Origin: Candidatus Hodarchaeota archaeon
GTDB taxonomy: Archaea; Asgardarchaeota; Lokiarchaeia; Sigyniarchaeales; SOKP01
Assembly (NCBI GenBank): GCA_048886685.1
Contig: JBHLKM010000001.1
Location: 32,001-96,000 of the forward strand
Length of the DNA stretch: 64,000 bases
Direction of reading: 5' to 3'
Shown here: positions 59,752 through 64,000 of the stretch, one piece after another
Layout: each line of letters opens with the position of its first letter
Numbering within the stretch: the first letter of the stretch is position 1
Made by a program: the position numbers and the translations under genes
The notes under the pieces: model-generated
The model's database searches: none
Told to the model about the DNA's origin: nothing
What the model saw: only the letters and a program-made list of their open reading frames with translations

Positions 59752-60434
59752 TGTCTCAAGATGATAGATATAGAGAAATAATCAAAAGGGAAATGGCAAA
59801 ATTAAAAAAACCAGTGAAGTTAAGAGTATTCACATGTAAAGAAAAACTGCAAAGTGGAAGTCAAATAAGAGAATGTATGGATTGTGGACAATTTATGGCA
59901 TTATTACGAATCTATGAAGAAAATTCTAATGGAATGCTAGAAATTGAGGAATTGTGTATAGATGAAAATCCTGAATTTGCTAAAAAGTATGACATTACAA
60001 GAGTTCCAACAATTTTATTTATTGACAATAAAGGGAGAGAAATAATCCGTTATTTAGCTGCCCCGCAGGGAGGTGAAATACAACCGTTTATTCAAGCTTT
60101 ATTCGCTTTTGCTGGAGCACCTAATTACTATGAAGCGACGATAAAACAAAACTTAGACAGGATTCAACCATCAACAATAAAGGTGATGATAACTGAGACT
60201 TGCCCATACTGTCCACAAGTTTGTACGATAGCTAACAATTTTGCGATTGCTTCTGAGGGTAAAATTAGAACAGTAGTGATCGATATAATTGCAAATCCCG
60301 ACATTGGTCAATACTATGATGCTGCAGGCGTCCCTTATACCATAATTAATGATAAAAAAACTTTAGTAGGAATGGTGGGGGCTCCTGAGATATTAAGGGC
60401 ATTAATTGGGGGGAATATAAGAGTACAATATTGA
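59751..60434 (+). CDS. Second protein disulfide oxidoreductase paralog
   Basis: CMDC and CPYC motifs; TAATG overlap with the upstream paralog. Confidence 0.9.
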   Translation: MSQDDRYREIIKREMAKLKKPVKLRVFTCKEKLQSGSQIRECMDCGQFMALLRIYEENSNGMLEIEELCIDENPEFAKKYDITRVPTILFIDNKGREIIRYLAAPQGGEIQPFIQALFAFAGAPNYYEATIKQNLDRIQPSTIKVMITETCPYCPQVCTIANNFAIASEGKIRTVVIDIIANPDIGQYYDAAGVPYTIINDKKTLVGMVGAPEILRALIGGNIRVQY

Positions 60435-60664
60435 TTCTAAAATAAGCTTAAAACCAGAGACTCAACTGAAACAACTAGATCTTTTAACCTAATAATTAAG
60501 TTTGTATTTCCTCCTTACCAAATATCCTAATGGAGGTAAATCTTTCATGAGAATTTTGATTACCATGAAGTTATTAAAGCTATTAATGTGAGAGAAGAAT
60601 CAGAAGATCCTTCTCTAATAATCAAAAATCTAGAACTAATTCACTAATTTTTAAATCTATTATT

Positions 60665-61276
60665 TTACTTATACCTTTTTATAAGATCTGTGGCTAAAGT
60701 TTCAAAAATAATTTCTAAATTTTCACCTGTTTGAAGATTACAGATTGCATATCCATCCAATTTATGTGATTTCGCAAGGTTTCTAATTTCTTCATATTGA
60801 ATTTTTGGTTCATTATTTGTAATGTACCCAACAAGAATGGTTGGGATATATTTTAGAGTACTTTTTAATGTGGAAAATTTTTCTATGATAAGTCTTTCTG
60901 GATGATTATTAAACCACTCATCAATCTCTTTACTAGGTCTTTCAATTGGAAGATTTAGAGTACTCTTTAACCATTTATCAATTTCTATGATAGTTCTTTC
61001 TCGTGTAATATCACACATTATAAGAATACCATGAGTTCCGACGAAAAAATTATGAAATAAAGATCGAAATCTCTTCTCATGACTTATTACCCAAGTACTC
61101 AAACTAACAATATATCCATTAATATTTAGAAACTTAAAAAGTAAAATAAATCCTGTTGCTTTAATCGATTTGGGATCGAAAAAATGATTTTGAAAAGCTC
61201 TTTTCTGAAAAGATAATAGTTCATCTCTTCTAAAATCATTTAATATGACAATTTTAAAAATAAAATCACTATGCAT
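60665..61276 (-). CDS. Rab/Ras-like fold protein with degenerate G motifs
   Basis: FIFKIVIL, W....EKRFRSL...FF.GTHGILIMCDIT, PTILVG and TGENLEIIFE, but no GxxxxGK, DxxG or NKxD. Confidence 0.75.
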   Translation of the reverse strand: MHSDFIFKIVILNDFRRDELLSFQKRAFQNHFFDPKSIKATGFILLFKFLNINGYIVSLSTWVISHEKRFRSLFHNFFVGTHGILIMCDITRERTIIEIDKWLKSTLNLPIERPSKEIDEWFNNHPERLIIEKFSTLKSTLKYIPTILVGYITNNEPKIQYEEIRNLAKSHKLDGYAICNLQTGENLEIIFETLATDLIKRYK

Positions 61277-61818
61277 TTCTTCTTTTTTTTATCCTAATTA
61301 GATTTAATTTTCAAAAGACATTTTAGGCAATTATGTAATATATGAATTAATGAGTATTAAAAATTATCTCGCCTCATGTATTTAAGTCTTCTCTTAGATT
61401 GAAATCATTTCAGCCCTTTTTCTTTCGCTAATCAATATTATTAATCTAAAGGCACTATATTAATCTTCAGTCCTCATTTTATTGGTGAATTAGTAAATAT
61501 GTCAATCTGATCACACTAATTTATCTTTAAATAGAATTAGGTTAATTACTATTGAGCGATTTAATTTCGACTATAGAACAGAATTCGTAACATGCCGAGC
61601 TATAGCAATTTGTATCTCCACATGTTCATGTGCCCATTAGGGGAAATATCAGAGTACAATACTAATCTTAAATTGATTTTTAATCCCTGGATTAACTCTT
61701 AATGCTCTTGAGTGAAATAATGGGTATATAAATTCTCTAATTTAATATCAGATTAATAATTATATCCTAAAGGAATTGTGTTTGTTTTTTTAGATTTAAA
61801 ATAAGAAGTGTTAAAATT

Positions 61819-62769
61819 ATGACAAAAATATTGATCACTGGTAGGTGCGGTTTTATTGGTTCAAATTTAGTAGAAAACTTATGAGAGAATACTAATTGGA
61901 ATATTAATATATTAGATAATTTACACACGGGACGAATACAAGACATAAATAATTTGAAAGATTTTGGAAATAGAATAAAATTTTTTGAAGGATATATTAT
62001 TAATATTGAGGATATCTCAAGAACGATTGAAAACTGTGATTATGTTATTAACCTGGCAGGACAAACAAGTGTTACCGGTTCAGTAGAAAATCCTTTTGAA
62101 GATGAAAGTATCAATATAAGAGGATTTTTGAATATATTAAAATTAGCTGTTGATTTTAGAGTAAAAAAAGTAATTCAAGCATCCTCTTCCGCAGCTCTCG
62201 GCATTCAAAAAATGCCAATACACGAATTGAATGTTCCGCAACACGTTTCGCCTTATGGTGCTAGTAAATTAGCAGGAGAAGCTTATTGTAGTGTTTATTC
62301 TTATAATTATGGTTTAAATTGCGTTGCGCTACGGTTTTCAAATGTTTTTGATCCGAAATCTTACAATAAAGGCAATGTTATAGATAAATTTATTAAACAA
62401 ATCATTAAAGGAGAGAGTCTAACAGTCTATGGGGATGGCAATCAGACTCGAGATTTCATATATGTTAAAGATATCTGTGATGGAATTTTCCTTTCTTTGG
62501 TTAAAAAATTGTCTGGATTTAATATATTTCAACTAGGAACAGGAATAGAAACTTCAATAAATTCATTAATTACAGAATTATCACATATTTTAATTGAAGA
62601 AAATATTAGAATGCCAAATGTAATATATGTTGATAAAAGAAAAGGTGAAATAACTCACAACTATGTTGATAATTCAAAAGCAAAGGAAGTATTAGGATTT
62701 AAGGTAGAATATGGATTAAATGAGGGTCTTCAAAATACATTAAGATGGTTTTTGAATAATTACAAATAA
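61819..62769 (+). pseudogene. NAD-dependent NDP-sugar epimerase/dehydratase with an in-frame TGA at 61882
   Basis: MTKILITGRCGFIGSNLVENL*ENT... is in frame with the 61954 ORF (SPYGASK, TRDFIYV); altered G-rich and NVxGP motifs. Confidence 0.75.
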
Positions 62770-62925
62770 TTAAGCGATCTATTAAAATGTGAATAGTTCA
62801 AGGTTATACTGAGTTGTTATAATATGAATTATGAATTTCCTGGTATTTTAATTAAACTATTCTAAAACCTTAAATTATGAGCCCCTATTTGGCTTTAACT
62901 CATTGAGATTAGATAAAAACTTCAA

Positions 62926-63387
62926 TTAAACTTTTTGTCTTAGGTAAATTGCTTGTAGTCTAAAAGCTTGATAGATATGACCGATTGTGTGATGTATAAT
63001 GAATCCAAACCAATCTTCGTACGTCATTTCTCTCCCAAAAGGGGATTGAAAACTATTTTTAAGATCTTCTTCTTTAAATTTATTTCTGCCCTCTTCGTAT
63101 GCTTCAATTGCTTTATTAAACAATTCTAATAATTGTTCATGCAAAGGAGCAGTAGAATTAGGATCTAGTTTTATTGATATATCTTTATTATTTGCTTCAG
63201 GATTCAGCATTTTTTTCATTGCCCAATGACATAAGCTAATAGAATGTATAAATACATTGAGAGCCGTTTCTTCCCCTTCAAATAGCGGATTTTTCATGGA
63301 TTCCTCAAAATGATTATCCTTTCGCTTTTCAAACAAACTTTTAGCATAATCATATACAAACTTCAAAGATTTGATACTTTCTGGCAT
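62926..63387 (-). CDS. DinB/YfiT-like four-helix protein
   Basis: FIHS...HHTIGHIYQ His pattern. Confidence 0.65.
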   Translation of the reverse strand: MPESIKSLKFVYDYAKSLFEKRKDNHFEESMKNPLFEGEETALNVFIHSISLCHWAMKKMLNPEANNKDISIKLDPNSTAPLHEQLLELFNKAIEAYEEGRNKFKEEDLKNSFQSPFGREMTYEDWFGFIIHHTIGHIYQAFRLQAIYLRQKV

Positions 63388-63533
63388 AATTTTTAATAAA
63401 GGATGTGAAGTTTAAAAATTTTTAGAAATCTAATTAAAAAGTCTAAATGCAAAAGTTTTTTAAAGATTCTAATGAGATCTTTTACAATATTAAAAACCTT
63501 AACATCAAGATTAATAGGAAATTGGACTATATA

Positions 63534-64000
63534 ATGGATAAATTCAATCTAATCAAAAAAGTCTTAAAAAAAGAACCCACCGAAAGAGTCCCCTATGCAA
63601 TTTGGAAACATTTTCCTGAATTTGATAAAACTCCTGAAGGACTTTTAAAAGCGCAGATGTCTTTTCAAAATAAGTTCGATTCCGATATTATGAAAATCTC
63701 AATCTCAGGTCGTGCTTTTGCTTTTGACTTTGGAGCAGAATTAGGAGGATATGATCCAGCATCAGGTTCAAGGATTTGTGTGAAGTATCCAATAGAAAAG
63801 ATAGAGGATTGGGAAAAAATTAAGAACATTGATATAGAGAGTGGTGAGTTTGGAAATCAAATTAAAGTAATGAAACTTATTCACCAGGAAGTTGATGGAA
63901 AAATACCCACCATGATGACCGTTTTCTCTCCTTTAATGGTAGCATCCCAAATTGATCCCAATATAATTCTGCATTATAGAAAGGATCCTCAATTAATTAG
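63534..64000 (+). CDS. Uroporphyrinogen decarboxylase/MtaA-type (URO-D family) protein, partial at the window edge
   Basis: MDKFNLIKKVLKKEPTERVPYAIWKHFP...DIMKI...TVFSPL, open to the end of the window. Confidence 0.75.
   Translation, partial: MDKFNLIKKVLKKEPTERVPYAIWKHFPEFDKTPEGLLKAQMSFQNKFDSDIMKISISGRAFAFDFGAELGGYDPASGSRICVKYPIEKIEDWEKIKNIDIESGEFGNQIKVMKLIHQEVDGKIPTMMTVFSPLMVASQIDPNIILHYRKDPQLI

Noticed and set aside
29447-60434. Hidden selenoproteins among the redox genes
   Set aside because: The catalytic positions examined are ordinary Cys codons, and the terminal TGA stops fall at expected protein ends
60490-61660. Tiny minus-strand frames near 60490-60567 (MVIKILMKDLPPLGYLVRRKYKLNY) and 61570-61640
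   Set aside because: Too short and without recognisable homology to support a call
61882-61884. In-frame TGA as selenocysteine (Lokiarchaeia are known to encode Sec)
   Set aside because: The position is not a catalytic Cys site in epimerases, other motifs are also degraded, and no convincing SECIS was seen downstream
1-64000. CRISPR arrays, rRNA/tRNA genes, integrases or transposases
   Set aside because: No regularly spaced repeats, cloverleafs, rRNA-like tracts or recombinase motifs were recognised by eye

Overview
AT-rich archaeal chromosomal window, most consistent with an Asgard archaeon of the Lokiarchaeia type. The basis is TFB, Gar1, ArcS/RaSEA, eS26, CdhE, several roadblock proteins, a longin/uDENN-like protein, a SNAP/TPR-repeat protein and a Rab-like protein. 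Positions 1-29 kb hold RNA-modification, transcription, metal-uptake and corrinoid genes. Positions 29.4-60.4 kb form an unusually dense sulfur-relay and oxidative-stress region: TusA-IscS-IscU, a CoADR-rhodanese fusion, rubrerythrin, desulfoferrodoxin, a flavodiiron protein directly upstream of an acyl-CoA dehydrogenase, rubredoxins, NROR, ISF, glutaredoxins, FTR and two PDOs. A small patch of gene remnants interrupts it at 45.3-47.0 kb. The ORF track misses or truncates several genes: eS26, the CbiO N-terminus, two rubredoxins, a 52-aa ORF and a URO-D-family gene at the right edge. Several of these appear to start at ATT/ATC. The most notable unexplained signals are a promoter-preceded, extensively self-pairing ~200-240 nt candidate ncRNA at 6583-6820, an IscU fused to a degenerate thioredoxin-reductase domain, and the FprA/acyl-CoA dehydrogenase pair. 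No rRNA, tRNA, CRISPR array or intact transposase was recognised. All calls come from visual motif recognition; no database searches were run.
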